A stretch of DNA of 43,532 bases from an uncultured Candidatus Peribacteria bacterium (GCA_964603905.1 CAZRWH010000006.1:3224-46755); one strand, 5' to 3'. Shown: positions 16,201-24,850, counted from the first letter of the stretch. Notes: generated by a model from the sequence alone, not told the origin. Translations and numbers: made by a program.

Positions 16201-19200
16201 AATTCGGACACCTCTTCTGACGCTTCCGCCGCCTCACTGTCATCTGTCATCTGTTCTCTGTCATCTGCTTCCGCCTCATCTGCCGCCCCACTGCCCACTG
16301 TTCTCTGTCCACTGTCCACTGCCCTCCTCGAAGGCCCAACAGGCTCACTTGCATCAGCAGGCCCAGAAGTCGGTTCTAAATTAATTTCAGATACCTCTTC
16401 CGACGCTTCCACATCACTGTCATCTGTCATCTGTTCACTGCCATCTACTGACTCCCCGCTTTCAGTCGCACTGTCATCTTCTGCCGCCTCTTCTGCCGCC
16501 CCACTGTCATCTGTCCCCTGTTCACTATCCACTATCCCCCCAGACGGCCCAACAGGCTCACCGCCATCACCAGGTCCATCAATCGGATCTAAACCAAAGT
16601 CATCTTTCGGCAAATCCACACCTCCCCAGTCCCATTCAGTCCAAGGAGTTGGACCAACAGTAGGCTCAGACAATTCATACGCAGCCTCCATATCTATAGG
16701 TTTTCCGTCAGGACCAAGAATGTTTCCATACCTATCAACATCAGGAAGCTGAGAACGCTCTCCATCACGTTGCGCTTTCTCAAGAGCAACCGGACTATAA
16801 GCAACTATAGGAGGAGCAATGAAAGCATCATGAGTACCCTCTTTTTCAATTAAATAAGAAGCTTGAGGACAATCAGCAGGTTCCGTTGGAACATTAAACA
16901 AATGCTGTGGCTGACCATCTTCCCAGTCGGCGATATAATCTCCAGGATTTACAACATCGTCACTGCCAGGGATAACAAGTTTATCAAGACTTCCATCTCC
17001 TTTTATCATCGCAAGTGAACTCAACATATTATCAGGCCCACGTTGAGCACACATTATGTATTCTCCAAGGAACTTCGGCTTAGCACCAGAAGTGCCCCAA
17101 AGAAGTTTTCCAACATCACTACTGAATGTAGCCTCTCCACTAGAATCAATCGTAAACGGTAGATGACGAACAACACCACTACCATCTTTCACAGCAGCAT
17201 ATAGAGCAATTTCACCTTTATTAAAGGCAGCTGCAACATCAAGTCCAGGGCCACCAACAGTTTGAGTAGGTTGACCTGCACCTTGTTTCAGCATCTCTTT
17301 GATACTCAAAACCACATTACCACTAGGATCAACGCCATCAGTTCCTCCGAACCATAGTCGTTGTTCTTGAACAAGCTCAACACCTTCACCAGAAACATCA
17401 GGAGTTCCATTGTGCCAGTGATCTCCAAGTTTTTCTTCTACAAATCCAAGGCCGCTCCATTGAGAAGGAGTCATACTTCCAGTAGATACTGTAGTCAGTG
17501 TTGGAACAGTTGTGTATCCGCTACCGGTAGTAGCAACTGTAATACCTTGCGATCTCAAATAAGTTTCAGCATTGCTAGAGAAAACACCCGGACTGTCATA
17601 CCAATAAGAGTCAGGTGAAACATGCCCCACTGGAATAAGTCCACGTCCTTCTAAATAAGTAATCAAAGACTCAGCATCCGCAACATAACTTCCTGCAAGA
17701 ATTCCGTTATTAACAATCGAACAGTTATCAATCAACCATTGTTGAGTAACAGGACCTGGATCAGGTGCATCAGACGGCATTTGAATAAGAACAGGCCTTC
17801 CATCCACCATAACCGTTTTATCAATAATCGGTCCTGTATAAACATCAACCTCAGTACACCCTCCATAACCAATCGGATCACCAACATCAAAACCTTCAGC
17901 TGTAAGATAATCCAGAGAAGGCTGAGTCAAAAGACCGTTATTTCCATAAACAATCCTGCTCGGATCAAGACCATTATCAACAGCAAATTGATTGATCGCA
18001 TTAACCGATCCAACATTAACCGAGACATCTTGTCCAAAAGGACCAAACATCATATTTCCAAGCTTACTAACTCCAAAGAAAGCGCTACTAGTCACACCTC
18101 CGAAAAGCGCACCGATCGAAGCAGCTTTTGCGTTTTCTTTGAACTTAAGCCATTTAAAATCTTTTCTTTTACCTGTAATCATCGCCTCAAGATCTTCACG
18201 AATCGTATCAAGCTTACCAACAAGATCAGCATCAACGTTTCGATCACCAGCATTTTGCTCTAACCAATCACGTCCACGACGAGCTGCAGCAAGAAGAGCT
18301 GTTCTATCACGCTCGACATGTTTGGCGTCGCTGAACGAAATCAAATCGATCCTTCCTCCACCTCTCTCAGGCCTCTCTTCAAAACTCATAGTATTTCTAA
18401 TCTCAATCTCAGCAACCATTCGTACAACAGCCTCGTAATCATTACTTTCGATAGCGTTCTCCATCGAACTAAGAAGCGCAACCGCACTCTCCTTCTCCGA
18501 AGTAACTTCAGAAAGTTTTTTCTGCCAAGTTCCATCTGGAGCTTGAACATAATATCCAAGAGCTTCACGTCTGTTTTGTTGAGCCTCTTGCATAATGACA
18601 GCACGATCTCTGTGCTTACCAGCAAGCAAACCTCCAGCGATAATACCACCAGCAGCGGCAGCAATTGCAGGAGCAGCAGCAGGCGCTACCAAAAGACCAA
18701 GCGCACCACCGATTGCAGCACGACCAGCCATACTAGAACCAACGTTATAAAGTCCGTTCATAACACCATACATACCGATAGAAACTGCTGTCGGCGACAT
18801 AGCCCATTTCAAAGGAGGATATTTCGCACCCCACTTTTGAATTCTAGAAACAGCCTTGTCCGCCCAAGTCCTATCCTCCGCAGACGAGTGAACATCAACA
18901 TTCATCGCCTTTCCGATTTTTAGAGTTAATCTAAAATTATCTAAATCAATATTTGCAACACCTCGCACATGCTTCAGGCGAAGATCTTTCATTCTTTCAG
19001 CAACATCTGTCGCCAAAGTTTCATCACCTTCAGGATCTCCAATATGTTCTCTACGAATCTCATTAATCATTCGAGTCGCACGCCTTTTGAAATCCTCATC
19101 AGTAACAGTTCCAACAAGATACTGCCTAGCAAGATCATCAAGTTGTTCCATATGCATAGTTCCTTCTAGCTCAGCAATCATCTCGTCTGGTGTAACATCA

Positions 19201-21770
19201 CCGGTATTAAACCTATTCAATATCGCATTAACCTCAGCTTCATGAGAAGCGAGATCACCTGCCTCAGCACCGCTCATTGCAGTTTTGAAAAAGTCAGGAT
19301 CTTCTTTTAGCTTCTCTAAATATTCAGCCTCGTACTTATCTACATAACCTTGTCTCGCAATACCACGACCATAACCCTTCACAAAGTGACCAATCTTCTT
19401 GAAGAAAGTCGCTTCTTTACGGTCTTTGTTAATCTCATTAAGTTCTCTTTCGTATCTCTCTTCAGCTAAACGACGAGCGATCTTTTTGAACTTTTCTTCA
19501 ACGTCAACAACAGAGATATCAAGCCCCTCCATAGTTGGTCCCTCAGCAAAAATTACTCTAGGAACTTTTGGACTGTCGTCTACTCCATCTCCTTCTTCAA
19601 TGTAAAGCAAATACTTGTAAAGTGCTCCCCAATCTTTGAATCCTGATTGGGTAAGCAATTTATAAATCCCATAAAGCATCGACAGTTTATTCACATCAAC
19701 ACCCATCTCAGGATGCCCAGAATAAAAAGTGTGTAAATCAGCGAAATCATACTGACCAAAATGCCTAAAGTTTTGACATAAAGTTTTAAGAACAGAATGC
19801 ATCTCGTTTTTAAATGCAGAAGTGCCAAACGCTGTCTGCAAATGATTAGGAAACTTGTTGGCGTTTCCCTCCAAAATCGCAATAACATCTTGGTAATTCC
19901 CAAGGTCAACATCAAGGTAAGCTTTTGCATCCGGACCTATAGTCTCACTGCCTTCAATCTCAACCCATCCACCTTCAGTCTCCTTCAAATTCCAAACTTT
20001 CGGCTGCTTATCTCTCTCTTGATAATGAATCAAAACTGCAAGAACCTTAGCCATATCAGCCTCAATGAAAGTATTCGGAGCAAACATCATTGCTCTTCGG
20101 TACAACGTTTTCATTTCTGGGTCATCACCTCCGCGTTCTTGAATCGCTTTAATCAAATCCCCAATCAAATTGTGCCTAGCTTCAGGATTATTCCTTTGAT
20201 CCTCTTGCAAAAGAGCGTCTATCACGCTATTAACCCCATCAACAACTTTTGGATATTTAATTTCAAAATCGTTCAAACTTATCGCCCCTTCACTTTCGTT
20301 AGAATGAATTTGATAACGACCTTTCCCAGGAGAAATAGTGTTCAAAATCATTCCAGAAATCTTCATTTCAATCCTCTCTCGAATCGCCGGTTTAACCCTA
20401 ACAGCTCCAGCAAAAATCTTAAGATCATTGTCATACTCCGCAAGAGCTTCAGGCATGTTTTCATTAGGACGAGCACCTCCCATTAGCTCATCAAAAAGCT
20501 CACGAGCAATTTTCATCCGACCTTCTCTGTGAGCTTGTTCATCAGATATTTCACCTTCAACTCCTTCACGTCCTTTCGCAAGAATTTGCTCAGGAGTCAG
20601 ATTCGCAATTTTCTCAGCTAACGGCTGCCTAAACATTTCATCAGCAGCACGTTCAAGTTTATTCGCATTCTCTTTACGCGCCACACGTTCAGCCATGTTA
20701 TCAAGATGAGCCTTATAATCAGCTCTATCTTTTTCAATAAGTTCAAGCGCATCCAAAGCTACGGGATCGTTCTTATCAAAGATATAAAAAGGCTCCTCCT
20801 CTCCACCAAACCCCATTCGATCATCATCCCAATAATATTTGGCATCAGCCCCTTCCCCAACCACAATAACATGATTCCATCGAGGCAAATCAGCACCTCC
20901 AGCAAGTTCAAATTGAGTAACAGATTCTATTTTCACTTTCTCGAATAACTCTTTCAAATCATCCTTGTTTTTTTCGCTAAGCTTATCTTCAATTTTGCTA
21001 AATCGACTGTGCAGAACTCTAAGCAAGTATGTCAATTGTTCAGAAGCATCGTTTGGCGATTTAAAGTTCAATTTTTCATACAAATCCGCATACTTTTCTT
21101 TCCCAGCCACAACACCAGCCACAAACTCGTTCAACATCTTTTGATCTCCTTGAACACGAGTTTCAAAACTTTGCCCAAGACGTTCAAGGCGTTTCTCATT
21201 CACATTTTCAATCAAATCAGGAGTTGGGATTGACGCTGGCTCCGGTGTAGGCTCCGCTACAGGCTCTATCATAGGCTCCGTATCACTTTCCTCATCCTCA
21301 ACAGCATCCATATCCACACCCAAATAATCAGCTGCTTCTTCTACAAATTTAACAAAAGGAGACAATGCAGCACCACCTAAGTTAACAAACTCAGTGCTGG
21401 TAAGTCCTTCTGAAACACCCTTTTGATAACCCGACTCCAAAAACCCTTGCATCGATGGACAAAGCTCATACCCTACAACAACAGCACGATGCTCTTTTAA
21501 CCCCTCAGGGAACTGAATATCCTTCCCTTCTTGCTTTGCTTGCCCCCAAACAGGAACGAATTCAGTTAATTCAGTCTTTTGTTCAACAAGCGGGCGCAAC
21601 TTAGCGTAATACTGCATCAACAGTTCAATATCCTTCGCGTCTGCAGCTTCGATTTTGGAAGGTTCAGAATTATCAGCAGTGGTGAATTTTTGAACGATCT
21701 GCTTAAGCCGCCCTATCACTTCGTGGAATTTGGGCGCCTCTCTTCGTTCTGGTGTGTTTTGTGGTGCCAT
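10266..21770 (-). CDS. giant mosaic protein (3,834 aa) with a central glycine-zipper hydrophobic region, repeated modules and a C-terminal LRR-like domain
   Basis: Uninterrupted 11,505-nt ORF with an ATG start. AAIGGALGLLVAPAAAPAIAAAAGGIIAGGLLAG lies at nt ~18615-18818. Tandem modules lie at nt 14532-15962. The LRR-like segment EIDLSGVKDVGSLRNCSGLKKADLSDSPDLVDMTSLYNCPLLEELNVAG lies at nt ~10611-10853. Confidence 0.85.
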   Translation of the reverse strand: MAPQNTPERREAPKFHEVIGRLKQIVQKFTTADNSEPSKIEAADAKDIELLMQYYAKLRPLVEQKTELTEFVPVWGQAKQEGKDIQFPEGLKEHRAVVVGYELCPSMQGFLESGYQKGVSEGLTSTEFVNLGGAALSPFVKFVEEAADYLGVDMDAVEDEESDTEPMIEPVAEPTPEPASIPTPDLIENVNEKRLERLGQSFETRVQGDQKMLNEFVAGVVAGKEKYADLYEKLNFKSPNDASEQLTYLLRVLHSRFSKIEDKLSEKNKDDLKELFEKVKIESVTQFELAGGADLPRWNHVIVVGEGADAKYYWDDDRMGFGGEEEPFYIFDKNDPVALDALELIEKDRADYKAHLDNMAERVARKENANKLERAADEMFRQPLAEKIANLTPEQILAKGREGVEGEISDEQAHREGRMKIARELFDELMGGARPNENMPEALAEYDNDLKIFAGAVRVKPAIRERIEMKISGMILNTISPGKGRYQIHSNESEGAISLNDFEIKYPKVVDGVNSVIDALLQEDQRNNPEARHNLIGDLIKAIQERGGDDPEMKTLYRRAMMFAPNTFIEADMAKVLAVLIHYQERDKQPKVWNLKETEGGWVEIEGSETIGPDAKAYLDVDLGNYQDVIAILEGNANKFPNHLQTAFGTSAFKNEMHSVLKTLCQNFRHFGQYDFADLHTFYSGHPEMGVDVNKLSMLYGIYKLLTQSGFKDWGALYKYLLYIEEGDGVDDSPKVPRVIFAEGPTMEGLDISVVDVEEKFKKIARRLAEERYERELNEINKDRKEATFFKKIGHFVKGYGRGIARQGYVDKYEAEYLEKLKEDPDFFKTAMSGAEAGDLASHEAEVNAILNRFNTGDVTPDEMIAELEGTMHMEQLDDLARQYLVGTVTDEDFKRRATRMINEIRREHIGDPEGDETLATDVAERMKDLRLKHVRGVANIDLDNFRLTLKIGKAMNVDVHSSAEDRTWADKAVSRIQKWGAKYPPLKWAMSPTAVSIGMYGVMNGLYNVGSSMAGRAAIGGALGLLVAPAAAPAIAAAAGGIIAGGLLAGKHRDRAVIMQEAQQNRREALGYYVQAPDGTWQKKLSEVTSEKESAVALLSSMENAIESNDYEAVVRMVAEIEIRNTMSFEERPERGGGRIDLISFSDAKHVERDRTALLAAARRGRDWLEQNAGDRNVDADLVGKLDTIREDLEAMITGKRKDFKWLKFKENAKAASIGALFGGVTSSAFFGVSKLGNMMFGPFGQDVSVNVGSVNAINQFAVDNGLDPSRIVYGNNGLLTQPSLDYLTAEGFDVGDPIGYGGCTEVDVYTGPIIDKTVMVDGRPVLIQMPSDAPDPGPVTQQWLIDNCSIVNNGILAGSYVADAESLITYLEGRGLIPVGHVSPDSYWYDSPGVFSSNAETYLRSQGITVATTGSGYTTVPTLTTVSTGSMTPSQWSGLGFVEEKLGDHWHNGTPDVSGEGVELVQEQRLWFGGTDGVDPSGNVVLSIKEMLKQGAGQPTQTVGGPGLDVAAAFNKGEIALYAAVKDGSGVVRHLPFTIDSSGEATFSSDVGKLLWGTSGAKPKFLGEYIMCAQRGPDNMLSSLAMIKGDGSLDKLVIPGSDDVVNPGDYIADWEDGQPQHLFNVPTEPADCPQASYLIEKEGTHDAFIAPPIVAYSPVALEKAQRDGERSQLPDVDRYGNILGPDGKPIDMEAAYELSEPTVGPTPWTEWDWGGVDLPKDDFGLDPIDGPGDGGEPVGPSGGIVDSEQGTDDSGAAEEAAEDDSATESGESVDGSEQMTDDSDVEASEEVSEINLEPTSGPADASEPVGPSRRAVDSGQRTVGSGAADEAEADDREQMTDDSEAAEASEEVSEFNLEPIDGPADASEPVGPSGGTVGSEQGTVDSGAVEEMAESREQGADAEQPSDLKVAPIGEIEDPAIESGLPYDDCQAIRMRFSKKFDGAMMVGHPTDREKNMIYMNLGPDQLDILDEELNDPDVVKVLYQIGIKDEFDFEQKQKLIRILKKAKNLEGLYLPNKEYYEDREAVERFLNPVVIVLGGSPPVDSEEDLFHEKKLAIKNRLSGKFQGAMIVDNEPGDYIAILGAYESQIDLLEEELNDPDVANVLGYISLDEEFTDLPRLKEVLKKAVNLQRIGFRKDGRWVEVFDVSDKLHEFLYGDSDDLDDEQDSTDPYIDDGGVPPVGPGPVGPELDDVEKPTEKDVESVDVVSVAKSLEGKFENIQEQAEGKAIDVWIGDEDQLAVLKEELKRPEVAEALNEVMLPAALIEKPEVVRDALRGAKNLRKITYPGKAKESLRGEEKVKEFLGEDTLLSEISDRGWKFEKEEEGDGIELTLDDYAIFTHSYSFRALIDENEELRRRLKSVKLSGEVFDFNITTIAHKLRYIPNLRRVIFEGSPEKNLEGRDQVVDWIDTTIERENIRIAEAEARAELERVTEDSGQRTVDSGAAVESVVSSQQGAETAAEDDRSQMTDDSEQVEETQSFDINSLAQQLGIDEGERKPLSEYPDVIASVKNTFENFGPVVEFYREFVGSPELAALEKRTMQAVLDSNELLKQADVSPEYREMWEDYNKGAYNALLRFDVLRKFATSENLEEMSFSESEALRLKHLLFEPKYNFGTGPEAIQRQMGNKMDMLLNHVVCPIVRSLQFVVEALPNEVPVLSGEVEARCGDLKVNDKDIHSEFSGGIRDLVNNVSMKLNGKYEHIPLYVADAFDYELRDEKVIGIRELRLPALPLEDVDTEYEARPLIVRVARPVFHLIDKEKTSPYPGRAEFIPLGKKIVPFGEVEEITDGSEQVADEAEHSEFDLEPISGSVSAENPAQVDPGPPPVLREFDGAPEFAEKPEEPVLETTEDVKQEPLLEELVPVQIGPVEAAVREHEALTGEPMELVDGEPDQDDSWVLNLSATALEMPERAGDEFTLPKNVRESLLPDDAGVLEACVVNVEVREALKAIIDSPFLIDYFTHIDKAVTLSKNIVAVESQKGLDPYVDWAVYGELLEQLTNGAEAAFEEMVQALSFIGFVIEHRNDPGHELMPLSGEAANALSVLLKGIREHSAAELNISRSGEFVGGGRYISPEKTEEVVNTFKRNLLRVFGYKIAPFMQIVREAMPNELPPLADKINRTVVEGDSYIETFTKMAAELGYEYRHVALYDTLEGDLPEQFEKGASDVEVEGISSPQGAEGAVFRVDYPLLLNGAGGHLFEEDSGRKIFAGYIPYSSSSSEGAKSAMSQSLGVGSAPPTHGGDTAIFDVSELQAQLGGADEVPSEPTIDPESISGESIVESTQPVSDIVSEPTVPLDVADAPDPVNLGTEDTPAEEEVAEQKAPNPEINRIGDPSTFDPKEAPEVYPEPEEKQDKEEVTDPGKTFEQQQEVVNGFGSVDTKVLEDKYGIPASIADSVEDIIEVAESQLGIVFRNKDQMQTFMTEYRARQKELFQSMTYVTEVYLGEELASEEEFVKEVLRTFTLLRRVVVENNGAFTSDIVRFGFKDEYHANDTVLEGYNLLPARPVPQIEMDDVIDTDWEVLEDTDPTGINSLQIEKQGPEVPDFHDLDIGATERTDMLEVNPSLASVGKTPEQIEDHGGFAISEREKTDPRIDKSAISLIEKVVGMKNIELLEDGTYRVTATDNMKWEMLSVYLTGFVETAAHVSEIDLSGVKDVGSLRNCSGLKKADLSDSPDLVDMTSLYNCPLLEELNVAGTQVPDGDIISLRDRWPNLKSVIASNGQAMAFEGKVPNLEVAEQEEVLTKVEADDLDLPEPEPEEVTEDDLELPEPVGTTRIEDLPPVKTPDLAPPPVASGTDEVPVEGVEPEHDHAELSMPDGATGWMENSTDEVPGE

Positions 21771-21811
21771 ATTTATGTTTTTTTATTTATTTTTGAAAAA
21801 TATATGAAAAA

Positions 21812-22030
21812 TTAATTAACAAAAGCCATCGCCCGTTGTTCGACATAAAGCGAGTTAAGAACAGGAGAATCCCCTGCAAACATCGCGAGCATATTAACCT
21901 CGTCTTCCTCCGTCTTGCATACGCTAAAAAACATCATCGCCGCATGGACATCTCGCCAGCTAATATCACCAGCTTGCATAGCCTTTCCAAAGGCCTGCTT
22001 AATCTTCTGCGATAGAGGTGTGTTTTTCAT
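21812..22030 (-). CDS. small hypothetical protein (72 aa) immediately upstream of the giant gene
   Basis: ATG start 28 nt downstream of a consensus -10 box. Its stop is 41 nt before the giant gene ATG. Confidence 0.55.
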   Translation of the reverse strand: MKNTPLSQKIKQAFGKAMQAGDISWRDVHAAMMFFSVCKTEEDEVNMLAMFAGDSPVLNSLYVEQRAMAFVN

Positions 22031-22058
22031 GGTATGAAATTCATCAAAATATCAAATA

Positions 22059-22087
22059 ATTATACCAGAAAAACGCCTCTTGATCAA
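22059..22087 (-). promoter_or_regulatory. sigma70-type promoter of the 72-aa / giant gene unit, TTGATC-N17-TGgTATAAT
   Basis: The reverse complement of 22059-22087 is TTGATCaagaggcgtttttctggTATAAT. Confidence 0.65.
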
Positions 22088-22128
22088 GGGCCTGTAATGG
22101 TTCAATAGCCTTGCATCACCCTATCGCA

Positions 22129-22163
22129 CACTGTCCACTATCCACTAATCACCAACCACCATC
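22129..22163. repeat. heptamer array CACTGTC CACTATC CACTAAT CACCAAC CACCATC
   Basis: Five phase-locked units spanning the stop codon (22145-22147) and the last 5 codons of the 332-aa gene. Confidence 0.8.
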
Positions 22164-23143
22164 TCCACCCCGCAAACATCAACAATGCGCTTTGCAAACT
22201 TCTCTTTTTCTTGAGCGAGATACTCAGATCTAAGCTCTATCTCAATATCATTTTTCTTGCCATCCAAAACCTTGCACCAATCATAAACACCAAGCATCAT
22301 CCTCTCCATCTGCTCATCGGTAACCTCAAAATATTCTTCAAAAACCGACTGCAGAGCATTTCTAACATGCTGTTCAAAAGCTACAGTACGCGGGTTTTCT
22401 CTCAAAAGTTCATCATGCCAAAGAACCAAAATGTCCAACATGGCTCTTTCAAACTTAGGCTTAACAGCCGCAAGAATTTCAGCTTCTTCCAAATCAACAA
22501 CGTGAGCGTCAGCACCTCTTGCCATTAGCTCTGATGCTTTTTTCAGAAAGTGACTAAAAGCTTTACGCTTCTCAAAGAACCCAGCATCATTCTTTAATCT
22601 ACGAGCAATATCATTTCTCACTCGCGTCGAAGCCAAAGACCTAGCGGTCATGGCACCAAAAATTCGATCCATCATTTTCAAGTCAGACAATCTCTCAGAA
22701 CCAGACCATTTATGCAGTCTCTTCAAAACCTCGTCTGCAAAACCAATTTTATCACTACGAGCAGCTACTTTATCGCCCACCTCAAGTTCAACATCAACAT
22801 TCTCAGACAAATTACTCACTCCAATCACCTCAAGATCACCAGACCCACCAGCGCGTCTCAAAGCCTGCAAAAGCTTCTCCTCTGTCTCAGAAAAATAAAG
22901 AGACATTGTAATATTTGGAGTCCCAGCTTCATATTGTCTTTTTTTATCATAAAACAGCTCCATAAACGCTCTAATCCCCTCAAGGTCCCAAGGCACTGCA
23001 ACATCAAGCCTCAAACGAAGAATCACCTCAGATGCAACCTCATAAAAGTCACTCTGCAAATACCGTGTCTCCATATCCTGTGGCTCAGAAATAGCCGAAT
23101 CGGAAAGCTCATCAATGTCAGGTGCAAAAGTTGGAGTGTTCAT
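22145..23143 (-). CDS. hypothetical cytoplasmic protein (332 aa)
   Basis: ATG-initiated ORF. No signal peptide and no recognisable motif. Confidence 0.7.
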   Translation of the reverse strand: MNTPTFAPDIDELSDSAISEPQDMETRYLQSDFYEVASEVILRLRLDVAVPWDLEGIRAFMELFYDKKRQYEAGTPNITMSLYFSETEEKLLQALRRAGGSGDLEVIGVSNLSENVDVELEVGDKVAARSDKIGFADEVLKRLHKWSGSERLSDLKMMDRIFGAMTARSLASTRVRNDIARRLKNDAGFFEKRKAFSHFLKKASELMARGADAHVVDLEEAEILAAVKPKFERAMLDILVLWHDELLRENPRTVAFEQHVRNALQSVFEEYFEVTDEQMERMMLGVYDWCKVLDGKKNDIEIELRSEYLAQEKEKFAKRIVDVCGVEMVVGD

Positions 23144-23193
23144 AAAATTATTTATTTACAGGAGACGAAATATACAAGATCCCCAAATAAAAA

Positions 23194-24840
23194 TCAACTA
23201 ATCACTCCCTCCAGCCTAACCTCATCCCTGCCGGCATCCATCCCAAACACAGCTTCTTGAAGACCATCAATATAACCCTTGATCATATCAGAAACCGTAG
23301 GATCAGAAGTAAAGTCAGAATAAGTCTCAAGGTAACTCGCTAGATTTTCAAAATTTAAATAAAAAATTGTCTCGTCATAAACCTTAATATCAGACAAAAT
23401 CGACACCACCTCTTGGTCAAAATCTTCCCATCCATCATAAGTCGTAATAACAAGCAACGCATCCTCCGTAACCCCATACATCAGATTCAAAACCTCCCCT
23501 TCGAAAGAAAAATCGCTACTCGCTCCATAATAGAGCTCAAGCACTTGTTGCACAGCTTCAAGATCAACTGTCACCATCCCAAAATCACCGCCCATAATTT
23601 CAATCGAACCCTTTTCAATAGATCCCCAAGGACTAGTTTGATCGTACTGCAAAACAGAAACAAGAGACGTGATTTGACTATCAAGTCGCGTCATCAACTC
23701 TTCAGCATTACTCTGCCCCGACGAAACATCAATAACAACAGAAACACCAGGCACAACAGACCCTTCATCTTCATTAACAGCGATCGCATATCCCTTATCC
23801 AAAAAGTGAATTAATTCATCCCTCAAATCCATCGCCATATATTGAGTTACATAAGTTTCAAGGCTCTGCCAAATAGCCTCAGCAACTTCAGGATCTCCTG
23901 CAGAAGTTTTGGAAATCCAAAGATCAATCAAAGAATCAATTCCAGCACTTTCTTCATAAAAAACAAGCCCATCACCAGGAATGCTTTCCGCCAAATAAAC
24001 CCCATCTCCAGCCAAGTCATCAAATCCCAAATCTATCTCATCGATAAGCTCAATATCACCAACCGCATACCCATCAACAAGGATTTGATCACCATCAAAA
24101 GCCACAGCAATCGCCTCACGATCAATCAAATAATTTCCGAAACCAAAAGCTGAATTCGTCACAACACTCTCCCCAAAATTTTGTTTGTATTCATCAATAT
24201 CAACATAGACGTACCCCAAATAAGGAGCCTCTAGTTCAGAGACAACATCGATATAATCGTCATTCGAAATCAAACTATCAGAACTGTCCACAAGAAACCT
24301 TCCTTTCGCATTCACAAGAGACGCCGAATCACCAGTCACCATCAAAACATCACCAATCAAAGCGGTATAGCTTTCATATCCACTGTCTCCAGAAACATAA
24401 ATAGTAAGATCACCAAGCTCCATTGCAGTTGCCTCGCCACTCTCAGCCGTTGCAGCCATCCACTCTTCCGCCTTCTCCTTGTCAGAAACTGTCATTGCAA
24501 CATAACTATCCTCCCCCGAATAAGCCATAACCAATCGAAATCCATCATCACCCAAAATCGGCTTCACATCTTCTTCATAATCCATCCCCATCTCAGCAAA
24601 ACGAGCCTCAATCTGGTCCAAAAACCCTTCCTCCCCATCAGAAAACTCGTCAACAAAATCAGCAAACGACGATCTCTGCCCTTTATCTTTTGTAGTAACT
24701 GAAAGAACAAAACTAACATCAGCTGGAAGCAATTGCTCAATCAAAACACCATCATAACTTGCATTCAAGTCTTCAAATGAGCCACCTGAACACCCAGAAA
24801 AAACCAACAACAAGATCAAGAGAACACCAAATCTTTTCAT
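23194..24840 (-). CDS. hypothetical lipoprotein (~548 aa)
   Basis: MKRFGVLLILLLVFSGC signal/lipobox from the ATG at 24840. The track ORF extends 14 codons further, to 24882. Confidence 0.75.
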   Translation of the reverse strand: MKRFGVLLILLLVFSGCSGGSFEDLNASYDGVLIEQLLPADVSFVLSVTTKDKGQRSSFADFVDEFSDGEEGFLDQIEARFAEMGMDYEEDVKPILGDDGFRLVMAYSGEDSYVAMTVSDKEKAEEWMAATAESGEATAMELGDLTIYVSGDSGYESYTALIGDVLMVTGDSASLVNAKGRFLVDSSDSLISNDDYIDVVSELEAPYLGYVYVDIDEYKQNFGESVVTNSAFGFGNYLIDREAIAVAFDGDQILVDGYAVGDIELIDEIDLGFDDLAGDGVYLAESIPGDGLVFYEESAGIDSLIDLWISKTSAGDPEVAEAIWQSLETYVTQYMAMDLRDELIHFLDKGYAIAVNEDEGSVVPGVSVVIDVSSGQSNAEELMTRLDSQITSLVSVLQYDQTSPWGSIEKGSIEIMGGDFGMVTVDLEAVQQVLELYYGASSDFSFEGEVLNLMYGVTEDALLVITTYDGWEDFDQEVVSILSDIKVYDETIFYLNFENLASYLETYSDFTSDPTVSDMIKGYIDGLQEAVFGMDAGRDEVRLEGVIS

Positions 24841-24850
24841 TTTATTTTTA

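Noticed and set aside
16039-16752. A 237-aa plus-strand ORF, and many other 60-230-aa ORFs antisense to or out of frame with the giant gene (for example 17992..18438, 19797..20486, 11664..12275).
   Set aside because: They lie entirely within the 11.5-kb minus-strand ORF. The 16039 ORF is a by-product of the stop-poor 7-nt-periodic low-complexity tract. None has its own promoter or a recognisable motif.
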